Made by a program: the position numbers and the translations under genes | The notes under the pieces: generated by a model | Told to the model about the DNA's origin: nothing | Databases searched by the model: none | Seen by the model: the letters and a program-made list of their open reading frames with translations, nothing else | Origin: Octopus sinensis | Lineage: Eukaryota | DNA: 64,000 nt | Direction: 5' to 3' | Assembly (NCBI RefSeq): GCF_006345805.1 | Contig: NC_043019.1 | Span: 14,569,360 to 14,633,359, forward strand | In this document: positions 49,401 to 63,072 of the stretch, piece after piece | Layout: each line of letters begins with the position of its first letter | How positions within the stretch are numbered: the stretch's first letter is position 1

Positions 49401-51478
49401 TTTAATTCAAATCGTTCTTGTATGCTAGCTAATGCCCTACTTTGGTTAATCATAATTTGGTCTTACCTTAGTAATAGACAATGTATTAGACCATATCCAG
49501 ACATTCTACTACCTAGATCAAATGTATTTGGATAATTCCCTACATTGTTAACCATAATTTGTTTTCACCCTAGTGATAGATAATCAACAAGACCCTAGTC
49601 AAACATTTTGACATATGGAAAATACATATATGCTGTAGGGAATACGACCATACGTATGGAGCTGGTGACAAATGTTCTCCTTTAAAATGCAGCACGGTCG
49701 CCCCTAACAAAATATGAAAGCCAAATACAGAGCCAAAGGAATAATTGAAGGACGACAACCGTTCTACTGTTTGAGAGAGAAGAAGACTTTATTTACAATG
49801 TGTACAAAGAGAGTGTGTGTGTGAGTGCTAGCAAGGTGTAGTGTCTGAGTGCATGCGCATAGTATTTGTGTCTGTGTGTTCGTATCATCATCATCATCAT
49901 CATCATCATCGTTTAACATCCGCTTTCCATGCTAGCATGGGTTGGACGATTTTGACTGAGGGCTGGCGAACCAGATGGCTGCACCAGGCTCCAATCTTGA
50001 TCTGGCAGAGTTTCTACAGCTGGATGCCCTTCCTAATGCCAACCACTCCGAGAGTGTAGTGGGTGCTTTTTACATGCCACCGGCACGGTGGCCAGTCAGG
50101 CGGTACTGGCAACGACCTCACTCGAATCCGTTTACACATGCCACCAGCACAGGTGCCAGTGAAGTGACATTGGTAACGATCATGCACGAATGGCGCCCTT
50201 TTACGTGCCACTGGCACGGAAGCCAGTTGGCTGCTCTAGCAGCAATCACGCTTGGATGGTGCTCTTGGCACCCTACTAGCACGGGCACAAGTACCAGTAA
50301 GGCAACACTGGTAACGATCACGCGCGAATGGTGCCCTTTTACATGCCACTGGCACGGAAGCTGGTTAGGTTTTACAAAAACTGTCATTCATAAGCATTGC
50401 ATGAACTTTCTTTTTAAGTAGTACTTGATAAGTAGTACTTATCTGCACTTTCATACTGCTTTTCATCTCACTCTCTTTCTCTCTCTCCCCTCTCTCCTCA
50501 CTCTCCTTCTCTGACTCCCTGTCTTTCTCTATCTCTCCATCTCCCTTTCTCTTTAGGTTTATACAGCAAAGACGTCGTGAAATTGGACAATCAAGGTACT
50601 GCAATTGTTTCTGCAAGCCTTGAAAATTTCTGATGGAAATCCCTCAAACAAGATGCTCCAAATCACACAGACAAATTTGAAGACTACTTCGCAAAGATGG
50701 AACTTCTCACCATACTGGAGCAACACATCAACGTCTTCCTTTTGGGTGACTTCAGCTGCCCTAATGTGGGATGGCCAGAGGGCGTAATGCTCTTAGGAAT
50801 GGAACACTGCTAACGAGCACAGGTGGGGTTTCTGCTCAACCTTACCAATGCTTCATTCATGGAGCAAATTATGCTCCAGCCAACCAATGCAAATAATATA
50901 TTGGATCTCTCATTCACAAACAATATGGACGTCATCCATAATGTGAAAGTGATAATGACACTAGACCTGTATCCCAACATAATAAAGCTGTCTATGTATG
51001 CACCAAAAGTCCTTAAAGATATACAGCCTATACAAAGCACTGGAAATCTTTCCAGTGTGAACTTTCATAGAGCTAACTGGAAATCAATTGAGAAAGAGAC
51101 CCTCAAACAGGATTGGTGTAAATGTCTCTCCACAATAGACATTGACATGAAACTCAAATATTTCAAGCCCATAATTCAAGCCTTATATGACAAATCTATC
51201 CTAAATCATAGGCTGTATATCTATAAGGATTTTTGGTCCATACATAGAAAGCTCTTATTAAGTTGGGATCCAAGACTAGCGTCAAACCACAAGGCCAACA
51301 TGCATAAAAACAAGAACCTTAGAGGGAGGAAAATTCTTATGAAATGATGGAGATAGATTGAAAACCGACTGAAATATATTAAATTTCAATGAATACTTTA
51401 CTTTAAGATGTTGCCATAAATTTAGAAAGATATTCAAATATTTCCATTATAAATTAGAATATTTTTTAATTCTTATAT
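46438..51478 (+). repeat. ~5.04-kb segmental duplication, copy 2
   Basis: Colinear with 22540-27585; ends exactly where an RTE (CAT)n tail begins. Confidence 0.95.
47472..48627 (-). pseudogene. Fucosyltransferase-like large exon, copy 2; two 1-bp deletions as assembled
   Basis: In-frame TM segment IRVLGFIAVVSIFFLLFAWKQY; missing one A at 47739-47740 (premature TAA) and one C at 47703-47704 relative to copy 1; no matching first exon upstream within the window. Confidence 0.75.
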
Positions 51479-54205
51479 CATCATCATCATCATCATCATT
51501 TAACGTCCGCTTTCCATGCTAGCATGGGTTGGACTGTTCAACTGGGGTCTGGGAAGCCCGAAGGCTGCACCAGGCCAGTCAGATCTGGCAGTGTTTCTAC
51601 AGCTGGATGCCCTTCCTAACGCCAACCACTCCGAGAGTGTAGTGGGTGATTTTATGTGCCACCGACACAGGTGCCAGACGAGGCTGGCGAACAGCCACGC
51701 TCGGATGGTGTCTTTTACGTGCCACCGGCACGGAGGCCAGTCAATGCGGTACTGGCTACGGCCACGTTCGGATGGCTTTCGTATGTGCCACCAGCACTGG
51801 TACCACAAAACTACAAATTCCATTAATGTTCATCGAGTTTGCTTTTGAATTTGTCCATTTTTTCCATTTTCACTTGCCTCAACAGGTCTTCACAAGTAGA
51901 GTTATGTGTCCCAAGAAGGAAGGTATGCATAGGTGCACTGACTACATTCCAGGTAGGGGCCATGAGTTATGGCCTCACTTGTCCAGCCGGGTCTTCTCAC
52001 GCACAGCATACTTCCAAAGGTCTCGGTCTCTGGTCATTTCCTCGGTGAGACCTAAGGAGCGAAGGTCGTTCTTCACCACCTCGTCCCAGGTTTTCCTGGG
52101 TCTGCCTCTTCCACAGGTTCCCTCAACCGCCAGGGCGTGGCACTTTTTCACACAACTATCTTCATCCATTCTTACTACGTGTCCATACCAGCGTAGACGC
52201 CTCTCTTGCACACCACATCTGAAGCTTCTTAGGTCCAACTTTTCTCTCAAGGCACTTACACTCTGTCTGACATTACACATCCAACGGAGCATACTGGCTT
52301 CATTTCTTGCAAGCTTACGCATATCCTCAGCAGTCACGGCCCATGTTTCACTGCCATGTAGCATGGCTGTTCGCACACATGCGTCATACAGTCTGCTTTT
52401 TACTCTGAGCGAGAGGCCTTTTGTCACCAGCAGAGGTAAGAGCTCTCTGAACTTTGCCCAGGCTATTCTTACTCTAGCAGTTACACTTTCGGCATACCCA
52501 CTCCCGCTACTGACTTGGTCACCTAGGTAACGGAAACTATCAACTATTTCAAGTTTTTCTCCCTGGAATGTGACGGAAGATGGTCTCTGCGCACTTTCAG
52601 TGTTTATTGCACCAGAGCATCTGCCACATACAAAAACTATTTTCCTAGTTAGCCTTCCTTTGACATTGCTGCACCTCTTATGTGTCCATAGCTTACACTT
52701 GGTGCATCTTATAGAGTTCCTACCTACACCTTTTCTACAGATCGAGCAGGGCCATCTACCTGATTGCGTTTGAATAATGTTTGTACCTTCCTACTTATTA
52801 GGACTTTGGTTTTAGCTAGATTGACTCTAAGGCCCTTCGATTCTAATCCTTGTTTCCACACCTGAAACTTCTCCTCGAGTTCCGATAGTGATTCAGCAAT
52901 TAGAGCAAGGTCATCAGCATAGAGGAGCTCCCAGGGGAATCCTGTCTTGAATTCCTCCGTTATTGCCTGGAGGACTATGATAAATAGGAGGGGGCTGAGG
53001 ACTGAGCCTTGGTGGACCCCAACCTCCACCCGGAATTCTTTGCTGTACTCGTTGCCAACCCTCACCTTACTAACAGCATCCCTGTACATGGCACGCACAG
53101 CTCTCACTAACCATTCATTTATACCTAGTTTCCTCATTGACCACCAGATAAGGGAACAGGGGACCCTGTCAAAGGCTTTCTCCAAGTCAACGAAAGCCAG
53201 GTACAGAGTTTTATCTTTCGCTAGGTATTTCTCCTGCAGCTGTCTCACCAGAAATATGGCATCAGTGGTGCTTTTCCCTGGCACGAAACCAAACTGCATC
53301 TCGTCTAGGTTGACTCTCTCTCTAATCAGTTGGGCTATGACCCTCTCCGTAACCTTCATTACCTGATCCAACAGCTTGATACCTCTGTAATTACTTGTAT
53401 CTAGAGCGTCACCCTTACCTTTGTAGCAGTTGACTATTATGCTACTACACCAGTCATTGTGTATGACTCCTTCGTGTATCACCTGGTTAACTATATGGGT
53501 GACTAGGCTATAGCCAACACTGCCAGATATTTTGAGCATCTCAGCAGTAATTCCTGATGGGCCTGGGGCTTTTCTTGTCTTCATGCTTCTAATTGCCTTA
53601 GCTACCACGGAACAATCAACTCGGATAGCTGGTTCCTCTATTGGGTCGACATTCGGCAGACTCTCTTTATCCCATTCATTCTCTTTGTTGAGCAACCTTT
53701 CATAGTGGCATCTCCAAACCTCTCTCTTTGCATCCTCATTCAGCGCAAGTGAACCATCATCCATGTGAACACATTTCTCTCCTACCACATCACGATTCTC
53801 TCTCACACACTGTCTTGCAAAACGAAACACCTCAAGTCTTTGGTCCTCACGGCGCAGAACATTGGCAATTTTTTTTCTTATCTGCTTCCCCTCTAGCTAA
53901 ATATACCTGTCTCCTAGCTTCTCTTTTCACAGTCTGATACAATTCCCTACTACCGCCTTTCCCCCAGTCCTTCCAAGCCTGTCTCTTGTCTCTAATAGCC
54001 CTGTCTACAACACTGTTCCACCACCACGTTACCCTGGGACGAGATGGGACTTTGCTCCATCCACAGATCTGGTCAGTGGCTTTCAGCAGATTGTCCCGTA
54101 GAAACCTCCAGTTAGCTTCCACATTTTGTGCTGCTATATCCCCTTCTATTTCGTCGAAAGCTTCGAGTAGAACTTCTCTAAATCTATGTCCATTTACAGG
54201 ATCTT
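51479..54205 (-). mobile_element. Relatively young 5'-truncated RTE LINE (368-aa open RT segment)
   Basis: QFGFVPGKSTTDAIF, VDLEKAFDRVP, VHQGSVLSPLLF, LLYADDL, ERRLRWYGHV, GRPRKTW; 3' UTR units and (CAT)n tail. Confidence 0.95.
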
Positions 54206-55830
54206 CACTATACGCCAGTCATTGGGTATGACTCCATTATGAACTACCTGGTTTACAATGCGGGTGACTAGGCCATAGCCCACACAACCAGATGTTTTAA
54301 GCATCTCAGCAGTGATTCCTGATGGGCCAGGGGCTTTTCCTGGTTTCATACTTCATACCCTTAATTGCCTTAACTACTAGGGAGCTGTCTATTCGGATAT
54401 CTGGTCTCTCTACTGGGTCAACATTTGGCAGGCTCTCCTCCTCCCATTCATTCTCCACATTCAGCAGTCTCTCATAATGGCTTCTCCAAGCCTTTTTCTT
54501 TTCAGAAACATTGAAAGAAAGTGCACCATCATCCATGCGGACGCATTTCTCTCCTGTGACATCACTATTTTCTCTCGCACATTGTCTTGCAATCCGAAAT
54601 ACCTCAGTTCGTTGGTCCTCACGTCGCTGGACATTGGCAAACTTCTTCTTGTTTGCTTAACCCTTGGCTATGTATACCTGCCACCCAGCCTCCCTTTTGG
54701 CTTACCAGGCCTGTTTCTTTGCTGTAATGGCTTTGTCTACTGTATTATTCCACCACCACGTAACTCTAGGTCTGGAAGGGACTTTGCACCATCCACAGAC
54801 TTGGTCTGTGGAACTCAGCAAGCTGTCCCGTAGGGATTTCCAGCTACCTTCTATGTCCGACGTCTGTAGCTCCTCCTCCCTCTCATCAAAGGATGAGGAT
54901 GTCCCTAAATCTCTGACCATATGAAGTGTTCTTAGCTTCCAAATCCTTCTTTTCTGGATTGGTCTGCTTCTTGGTATCCTTCTGGCCTCAAGCCTAAAGT
55001 CACTAATGACTCACCTATGCTGAGGGGTACATTCTTCACCCGGGAGGGTCTTTGTATTTATGAGCAACCCTGCATCCCGCAGTCTGGTGAGGATTAAGTC
55101 TATTTGGCTAGCAGAGTCCCCTGACTGATAGGTTATAAGGTGGCAGTCTGGCTTCCTGAAGTTAGTGTTGCAGATTAAAAGGTTACATGCATCACAGAAT
55201 TCCAGTAGTCAAGTTCCCTCATCATTTTGGATACTAATACCATGGCCACTGTGTACCCCAGTGAAGATACCCGATTCCTGCCCAACATGCCCATTAAAGT
55301 CTCCAGCCACAAAGATGAGGTCCTTGCCACTCGTCTTTGAGGTAGCCTGTAGAAGGGTATCATAAAAGTGGTCCTTCTGATCATTTGGTAGCCCTGCATG
55401 TGGGGCATAAACGAAGATAATCGTAGCTGTGCCGTTCTGTAGGACTAACTTGAGCTTGAGCACCCTATCGCATACCCTGACAACCTCTATGACCTTATCC
55501 ACCCATTTCTCCGCAAGGAGAATGTCTACACCACCTACACCATCCATGTTACCTTGCCAGAAGACTTTATACCTATGTGCCTTGCCTGTGAGGACCCTAG
55601 CTGAAGCACCTCTCCATCTTACCCTTTGCATGCAGCATACATCAACCCGTCTTCTTTCATTCATCTCTACAATCTCACTAGACCTACCTTTCAGTGTACC
55701 AACATTGACAGTGCCAAATCTGAAAACTGGGAAGGTAATGTGGGGTGAGGTTTGGGGAGGAGGGATGTAATTCAGTGCCTGAAAAGAAGAGGGTTGTTGT
55801 GGTGATCGCTTTTTAGGCATTTTTCATCTG
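54206..55830 (-). mobile_element. 5' portion (APE endonuclease and linker) of a different RTE copy
   Basis: FGTVNVGTL, DVCCMQ, VYAPH and VAGDFNGHVG; re-covers the region already present at 53440-54200 and closely resembles 36935-37410. Confidence 0.9.
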
Positions 55831-55868
55831 ATCTCTCTTCCAACCTGACAAGATAGATAGATAGATGG

Positions 55869-55918
<50 letters not shown>

Positions 55919-55964
55919 CATATACATATATATATACACGCGCACACACACATGCACACATATG

Positions 55965-56750
55965 TATCATCATCATCATCATCATTATCATCATCATTTA
56001 GCATCCGCTTTCCATGCTAGCATGGGTTGGACGGTTCAACTGGGTTCTGTGAAGCCAGAAGGCTGCATCAGGCCCAGTCTGATCTGGCAGCGTTTCTACG
56101 GCTGGATGCCCTTCCTAACGCCAACTGCTCCATGAGTGTAGTGGGTGCTTTTTACGTGCCACCCACACAGGTGCCAGACGGAGCTGGCATACGGCCACGG
56201 ACGGATGGTGCTTTTTACGTGCCACCGGCACAGGGGCCAGGCGAGGCTGGCAACGGCCACAAACGGATGGTGCTTTTTACGTGCCACCGGCACGAGGCCA
56301 GTCGGGGCGATGCTGGCAATGGCCACGAATGGCTGGTGGTGCAGACGAGTCTGGCAGATGGCCACGAACGGATGGTGCTTTTTACGTGCCACCGGCACGG
56401 GGGCCAGGTGAGGCTGTCAACGGCCACGAACGGATGGTGCTTATTACGTGCCACTGGCACGAGGACAGTCTGGGCGGCACTGGCAATGGCCACGAATGGA
56501 TGGTTCTCTTACATGCCACCAGCACTGGTAACTCAGCTGCAATTTCGATTCTGATTCTCACTTGCCTCAACACGTCTTCACAAGTAGAGTTTTGTGTCCC
56601 AAGAGGGAAGGTATGCATAAGTGGGCTGGCTACATCCCATGTAGAAGGCCATGGGTTATGGTCTCACTTGTCCTGCCGGGTCTTCTCGTGCACAGCATAC
56701 TTCCAGAGGTCTCGGTCTCTAGTCATTTCCTCAGTGAGACCTAAAGTTAG
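55965..56750 (-). mobile_element. RTE LINE 3' end with ~5 variant tandem units
   Basis: (CAT)n tail, repeated GGATGGTGCTTTTTACGTGCCACCGGCA, and the last RT codons. Confidence 0.85.
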
Positions 56751-56864
56751 ATGAATAAATAAATAAATGGAGTTGAACGAAGATGTTAATAAAATTCCCT
56801 TACTTTCGACATATGTTTCGTGGTTCAGTGGTTGTTTTTGGGACTGGTCTGAGAGGTCAGAATT

Positions 56865-57585
56865 GTGTGAGTGTGCATGTCCTTGTGTGTGTGTATATAT
56901 ACATGTGTTTGTGTATCTGTGTGTGGGCTGTTTTTGATTGGTCCCAGGGTTTATTGTGGTGTATGTAAATGTGTCTGTGTGTATTTAATATTTGGTAGGG
57001 TGATGTGTGTATATGTGTGCACGTTTGTGTGTGATTAATATTTGTTAGGGTGTTGTGTGTGCGCAAGTGTGTGTATTTGTTTGTTCGCGTGTGTGTATGT
57101 GTGCGTTTGTTGGTGCAAGTGTATGCTTGTGTGTTTTCTGTGTTAGTGGGGATATTATGTGTGTGTACGTGAGTGTGTGTGTATCTCTGTCTAAGTATGT
57201 TTGTGTTGTTATGGTTGTCTTGGTATTGTGTGTGTGTGTATATATGTGTGTGATTGGTATTTGTGATGGTGTTGTGTGTGTATATGTGTGTATTTGCGTA
57301 TGTGTATGTGTGCGCATGTATGTTTGTGTGTTTTTTGTGTTGGTGGGGATGTTATGTGTGTGTGTGTGAGTGTGTGTGTTGTGTCTGTCTGAGTTTGTGT
57401 TTTAATTGTCATTGTGGTGTGTGTGTATGTAAGCAACCTTATGTGTGTGTCAGGGTGCATATGTATGTGTGTGGGTATGTGTGGATGTGTATGTGTGTGT
57501 GTGTTGTATTTATCAGGGGTTCTGTGTGTCCATGTGTGTTGGGTTTATCTGGGTGGTGTGTATGTGTGTGCATATATGGATGTGT
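56865..57585. repeat. Degenerate (GT)-rich low-complexity tract with an internal ~200-bp duplication
   Basis: Alternating purine/pyrimidine sequence; the source of the spurious V/C-rich and T/H-rich ORFs. Confidence 0.9.
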
Positions 57586-57589
57586 AATA

Positions 57590-59880
57590 CATCCACTTGT
57601 CAGAGAGAACGGGTGAATTTCCGTGTAGTCATTCGAATGCTATTTAAAAATTACGGAAAAGATGTCGAAGACCGCATGGAAATATACACTCTGAACCCAC
57701 CGCACTTCAATGTAAAGGACCACAAATCTGATTTTAATATTAATTCGACTATAAGATTAATTTGTTCAAACAAGTCGGACGTTGCCAGAATCAGTCAAAA
57801 TATATTTGACAGAATTATACCGTATAGTGAAGAAAAAACTCAATTGTAACCTTTGGTTTAGCACAGGAGAAGTTATAACTTGGTTCTCATTTACTACCAA
57901 ATAAGGCCAACTTGTCCTTACAATTTGACATTAATAGCTATTATGCATCTATACTACCGATTATATTAAATAAAGCTATAATTTTAGCTAGAAGTCTCTC
58001 TGATATTACACCACTTGAAATTGATATAATACTACTAGCTATAAAAACACTTATCAAATTTAATGCTAAATTATGGTGCCATGCTGCAAATAATAATTTA
58101 TTTGCTATCACCATGGGATCCTCTGATTCTGCACAAATTACTGACTTGGTAGGCTTATATCTATTACAAAAGATCAGACGATGTTTCCCTTCTCTCAAAG
58201 GAAGATTATATAGAGACGACACTATCCTGGTATATAATGGCTGATCTAAAGAAAAATAGGGAAAATGAGGGAAGAACTGCGTAAATTTTATAAAACCTTG
58301 GTTTATCTATTACCTTTGAAAAAAGCTATTGTAAAGTAAATTTCTTAGACGTAACTCTGGACCTAAATACCTCTACTTATTCTCCTTTCCATAAACCTAA
58401 TGAATACCTCAAATATATAAACATTCATTCTAACCATCATGTATCATTACTTAATAGCATTGTAAATAGTATATCTATTAGAATCTCAGATCTAGCCTAT
58501 AATGAAGAAATATTCAATAATCATGCAAGCTATTATAAGCAAGCTTTAGGTGCAGGTGGATTTAAACAAAATATTAAATATATAAAAGACACAAAACTTA
58601 AGATTTATATAACACAAATGGAACTAAACCAAACTACACATAATACTAAACTAAGAAATACAACTAACCTTACCTCTAATAATAATAATATTCAATCAAT
58701 ACAAAAAGATGAAACCTCTGTAAAACATGACAAAAAACTTAGAAAATGTTATGTTAGACATAGAATCAAATATAGTAATAACAAAAAACATTCAGGAAAT
58801 ACTTTGCAAATTCCAAAATCAGTATATAACTATGATAATTTACGTAGTAGCAGTGAAAATAGGGAAATAATTTGGTACACACCCCCATTTTCAAAAAATG
58901 TTAAAGGATTAGCAAAACAATTTCTAAACATAGTCAAAAATAGCTTTCCTAATAATTATAAGTATCACCATATTTTAAATAGATCAGCAATGAAAATATC
59001 TTTTTCTACATTGCCGAACATAGGATCAATTATCACCAGCTCTAATAGACGAAAACTTAATAAACATAAAAATAGTTTAAGAAATAATAATAACAACAAT
59101 AATACTAGTAATGAAACAGACACTAGTCCTGAATACCAAATAATACTCAGCATAATACTAGTTCAATAGATATCATTACGAGAATACATAGCAATACTAT
59201 AACATTAACAAAATCTCAAAATTCCAATAATCATACATCTCAAAATATACAATATGATTTGGGTAATCCAGTGCCACAATCTAATAACAATAACACACAA
59301 ACTGTAAATATACTTGATTCTATTATAAATGGTTCCCCAACAAATTCAAATATAACACCACACACCATAACAAATAATCATAACAGTATTAAATATTATA
59401 CCACAGAAAAGAAATATACAACTAAATATCGCACATGTAAAAATAAAAAAAAATTATGTCCTTTAGAAGGCAAATGTAGCTGTTCAACGTGATATATAAG
59501 TGCACTGTTACAAAAACTAATAACTCATACAATGTGGTATATATATAGGGAGCCCTATTAACTTTAAACGAAGGTCTTTAGCACATATACATTCATTTAA
59601 CCCGAATATAACGAGTAACACTACTTCATTGGCGACATATATACATAAACTCAAACAAAAAATGTTAGCTATAAATTATCCTGGTCGGTCATAGACTCAG
59701 CTCCACCATATACACATATGTCTTCTATCTGCCGTCTTTGTACAAAAGAATTGTTACACATATTATTATATAAACAAAATAATTTAATTAATTGCCAATC
59801 GGAAGCGTTATCCACATGTAGACATAGGTTTTATAAAACTTTTAAACACTATAAGAGATCAAGTAAAAATTCACATTAAT
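57590..59880 (+). mobile_element. Decayed Penelope-like element, Naiad-like (RT, linker, C-terminal GIY-YIG)
   Basis: FAITMGSSDSAQITDLVGLYLL, RLYRDD, FLDVTLDL, IIWYTPPFSKNVK, ILNRSAMKISFS, CPLEGKC, VYIG and CRLC..E..CRH motifs. Confidence 0.88.
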
Positions 59881-60419
59881 ATCTTATTTGTCACATCGTG
59901 GTATCATCATAACAGTAGGATTGTTACAAGTAAGAAAAATGAAAACTGAATTTGAATTATTTTGAGGTATACACATATTCACATAGTATAAATTATCCAT
60001 TAGATGAATGCCAGAAATATGTCTTCATGAAATTTGAACCTGTACACCTCTAAAGTACAATAAATTGGTTTTAAATATAATAATTTAAATATTACATTAA
60101 TTTACTCTATATTGGGTCAGTAAACGGCTATTTTTATATTTGCATAAAGTATAACAATGACATCATCCAGTCTTGTATATACAACTATAAAAGGAAAATT
60201 AAATATAACATTTGATCACTTGTTTTCTTCATTCAAAATTCGGACAGAACTTATGGGTTGACCTGATATTAATACAATATTATCATATCTTCTATGATGA
60301 TTTTTTGATGTAATTTTCCTGCTCATATTTTATAATATAATATATAATAATTGCTCTTATTAAAGGGCACTTATTAGAAATACAGTATATTGTATACACA
60401 TTGAATATATTTCATTAGC

Positions 60420-60420
60420 G

Positions 60421-60487
<67 letters not shown>

Positions 60488-60490
60488 ATA
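60420..60490. repeat. (TA)n microsatellite
   Basis: Direct inspection. Confidence 0.95.
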
Positions 60491-60689
60491 TTCGTGCATG
60501 TGTGGTGTGTTGAGCATGCGAAAACTCTGAAAATATATATTAACTTGTCAAGCATTTCTTCATCATGAAAGTTTTCCGGTTGATAACTCTCTGTACTGCC
60601 TCTCTTTCCCTTCAAACAGCAATGAAACATGTCATGGAAGTTCACAACATACATAAAAACTAGAAATACAATATCTTCCCATTGTAAAC

Positions 60690-61400
60690 ATTAGTGTCAT
60701 GTGTCTGTGCACGATCATATATCACTCAATATATCACACAGGACATACATTTGACTTCAAGGGGGCTTCCATGGCGTACATGGAGGCCATGGTTTTGGTT
60801 CCTGCAATGAGGAGGGAACCAGGCTGCTGGAGTTCAGTGATGCAAATGATCTTATGGTTTGTAACACTAAGTTCAGGAAACCTGCGAGACACACTAGTCA
60901 AATAGACTACATCCTCACCAGGAAATGGAAAGATGGCTACTTATAAATGCCAAAACCTTCCCAGGTGAAGAATGCACCCCACAACATAGATTAGTAGATA
61001 GCAACTTCAAGATCAGAGCTAAATGGATGCCCAGAAGGTGACCAGTATGGAAGAGAAGGGCCAGGAAGCTTAAGGATCCTGCAAATGGACTGAGATTTAG
61101 AGACGTATTACTCAAAGCTTTTGATGAAATGGAAGGGAATATAGCAGCACATGATGGGGAAGACTATTGGAGGTTTCTGTGGGACAACCTGTTGCGGGCC
61201 ACTGACCAGATCTGTGGATGGTGCAAAGTCTCCTCTCAACCCAAGGTAACGTTGTGGTGGAACAATGTAGTTGACAGGGCCATTAGGGAAAAGAAACAGG
61301 CATGGATGGACTGGAAGACCGGTGGTAGTAGGGAATTGTATTAGACTACCAGAAGGGAAGCTAGGAGACAGGTTTATTTAGCCAGAGGGGAAGCAGATAA
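60690..61400 (+). mobile_element. RTE fragment (end of endonuclease and linker)
   Basis: WRFLWDNLLRATDQICGWCKVSSQPKVTLWWNN. Confidence 0.85.
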
Positions 61401-63072
61401 GTGATAACAAATGCAACACAACAACGCTTCCCTTATGAGGAAACAACAAACGTGATAACAATAGTTAAACAGTAATAATAATAGCAACAAACCTTATGTT
61501 GAATCAAAAAGCAGTACTCAGTTGAAGTGGCTGTTCGAGAAAACAGACATTACATACAGCCAAACTTCATATAGATACTTAATGCTAGCTAATTAGCAGA
61601 TAATCTAATGTAAAAGCCGTGGTAAAGGGTATGTGCACAGCTCCATCTGGACTATTCCATTTCTGCACTTAAATTTTATTTTTTATTTATTCCCATTCAT
61701 GTGAAACCACTTGTTCAAGTTCAAGTCATTGTTGTAATTTTGTACCAATTGCTATTTTTACTTTTAATTGTTATGTTACAATTTAATTATCAAAGAGAGA
61801 TCTGACCCATATCCAACGTGATACAAATTCTCACATCCTAGTGATATGTTCTGCTATCGACATGTTTGTAAAGAATCAATTCTGCTAGTCTAGAGGAGTG
61901 GCCATGGTTGTTGATTGTCTAGTTTAGCTGTAGTGTGAAAGCGTGTGTCTTGGTGGTTAGGGCATTTGGTTCATGATTGTAAAGTCGTGAGTTCAATTCC
62001 TAGTGACAGGTTGTGTCCTTGAGCAAGACACTTTACAGTAGTACCTGTATTTCAAAGAGCTGGCCTTGTCACACCGTGTGTCACACTGAATCTGCCTGAG
62101 AACTACATTAAGGGTACACGTGTCTGTGGTGTGCTCAGCCGCTTGCACATTAATTTCACGAGTAAGCTGTTCCATTGATCGCATCAGTTGGGACCTTCGT
62201 CATCATAACCGATGGAGTGCTCCTTAGTTATAGTAGCAGCAGTAGAGAAAGATAGCAATAATGACAATAGATTAATTGTGGCATTTGGAGAGGAATGAGG
62301 AATGTGAAGGGCTACTAATTGTGGAATTTAAAGGGTCATTAATTGAGGCCAGGATTGAGGAGTGACTGTGGCTGCTGGTCATGTCTTCTACTTCTTCTTC
62401 TTCTTGTGGTAAAAGAGTACAACGTTCTTATGACCGTGAGTCCACTGCCCTAACCACTGGGCCATTGTGTCTCCACTCATGTTGTTGTTGTTGCTGCTGC
62501 TGCTATTGTTGCTGTAGCAGTTTTTGTTGTTGAAGGGGGTAGTTGGGGAAAATACATGTTGAAGCTTTACAAATGTCCTGTGGATTAATTTAAATTGTTC
62601 TGCATCTGCTTCTCTGATTGGTTATTGAACTGTCTGAGTGTTCACAAAGCGCCAATGGTTTCGATCTGGGGAAGACAAAACCATGTGATTATGAGAATGT
62701 TGATTTTCCTCTCAGGTTACTTTAGTTTATTGTAGACATGTACAACGATGTGCAACGATGAATCCGTGTAACAATATAACATAGTGGAGGTGGAATGTAT
62801 ATATAAAGATCAAGTAAAGGAAGGAGGGGTTATTTTCAGAAAAACACACATTCTATTTCTTCCCCACAAATAGTTTCAATACAGTTCAACACAGGAAGAA
62901 GGATCAATTTTCTTAGATAAGCATGCGGTTTGAAATTACACCACCATCTAGGATCTTGTATGTTTATGAAGAGCTAGGCAAACAGCCGAGCCACTAGTAC
63001 AAATTTATTTATTTCACAGTGACATTAATTGTTAGCAATCCATAAAATATTTTGAGATTCTTGTTACAGTTG

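Noticed and set aside
51646-53366. Long plus-strand ORFs (294 aa, 139 aa) opposite the RTE RT
   Set aside because: Antisense shadows of RTE ORF2 and its 3' UTR, recurring in every copy.
57045-57616. Cys/Val-rich and Thr/His-rich ORFs
   Set aside because: Translations of a degenerate (GT)n/(CA)n tract.
59430-59500. In-frame TGA after CPLEGKC as a possible selenocysteine
   Set aside because: The TGA appears only because of a frameshift; the conserved frame reads NVIYKCTV.
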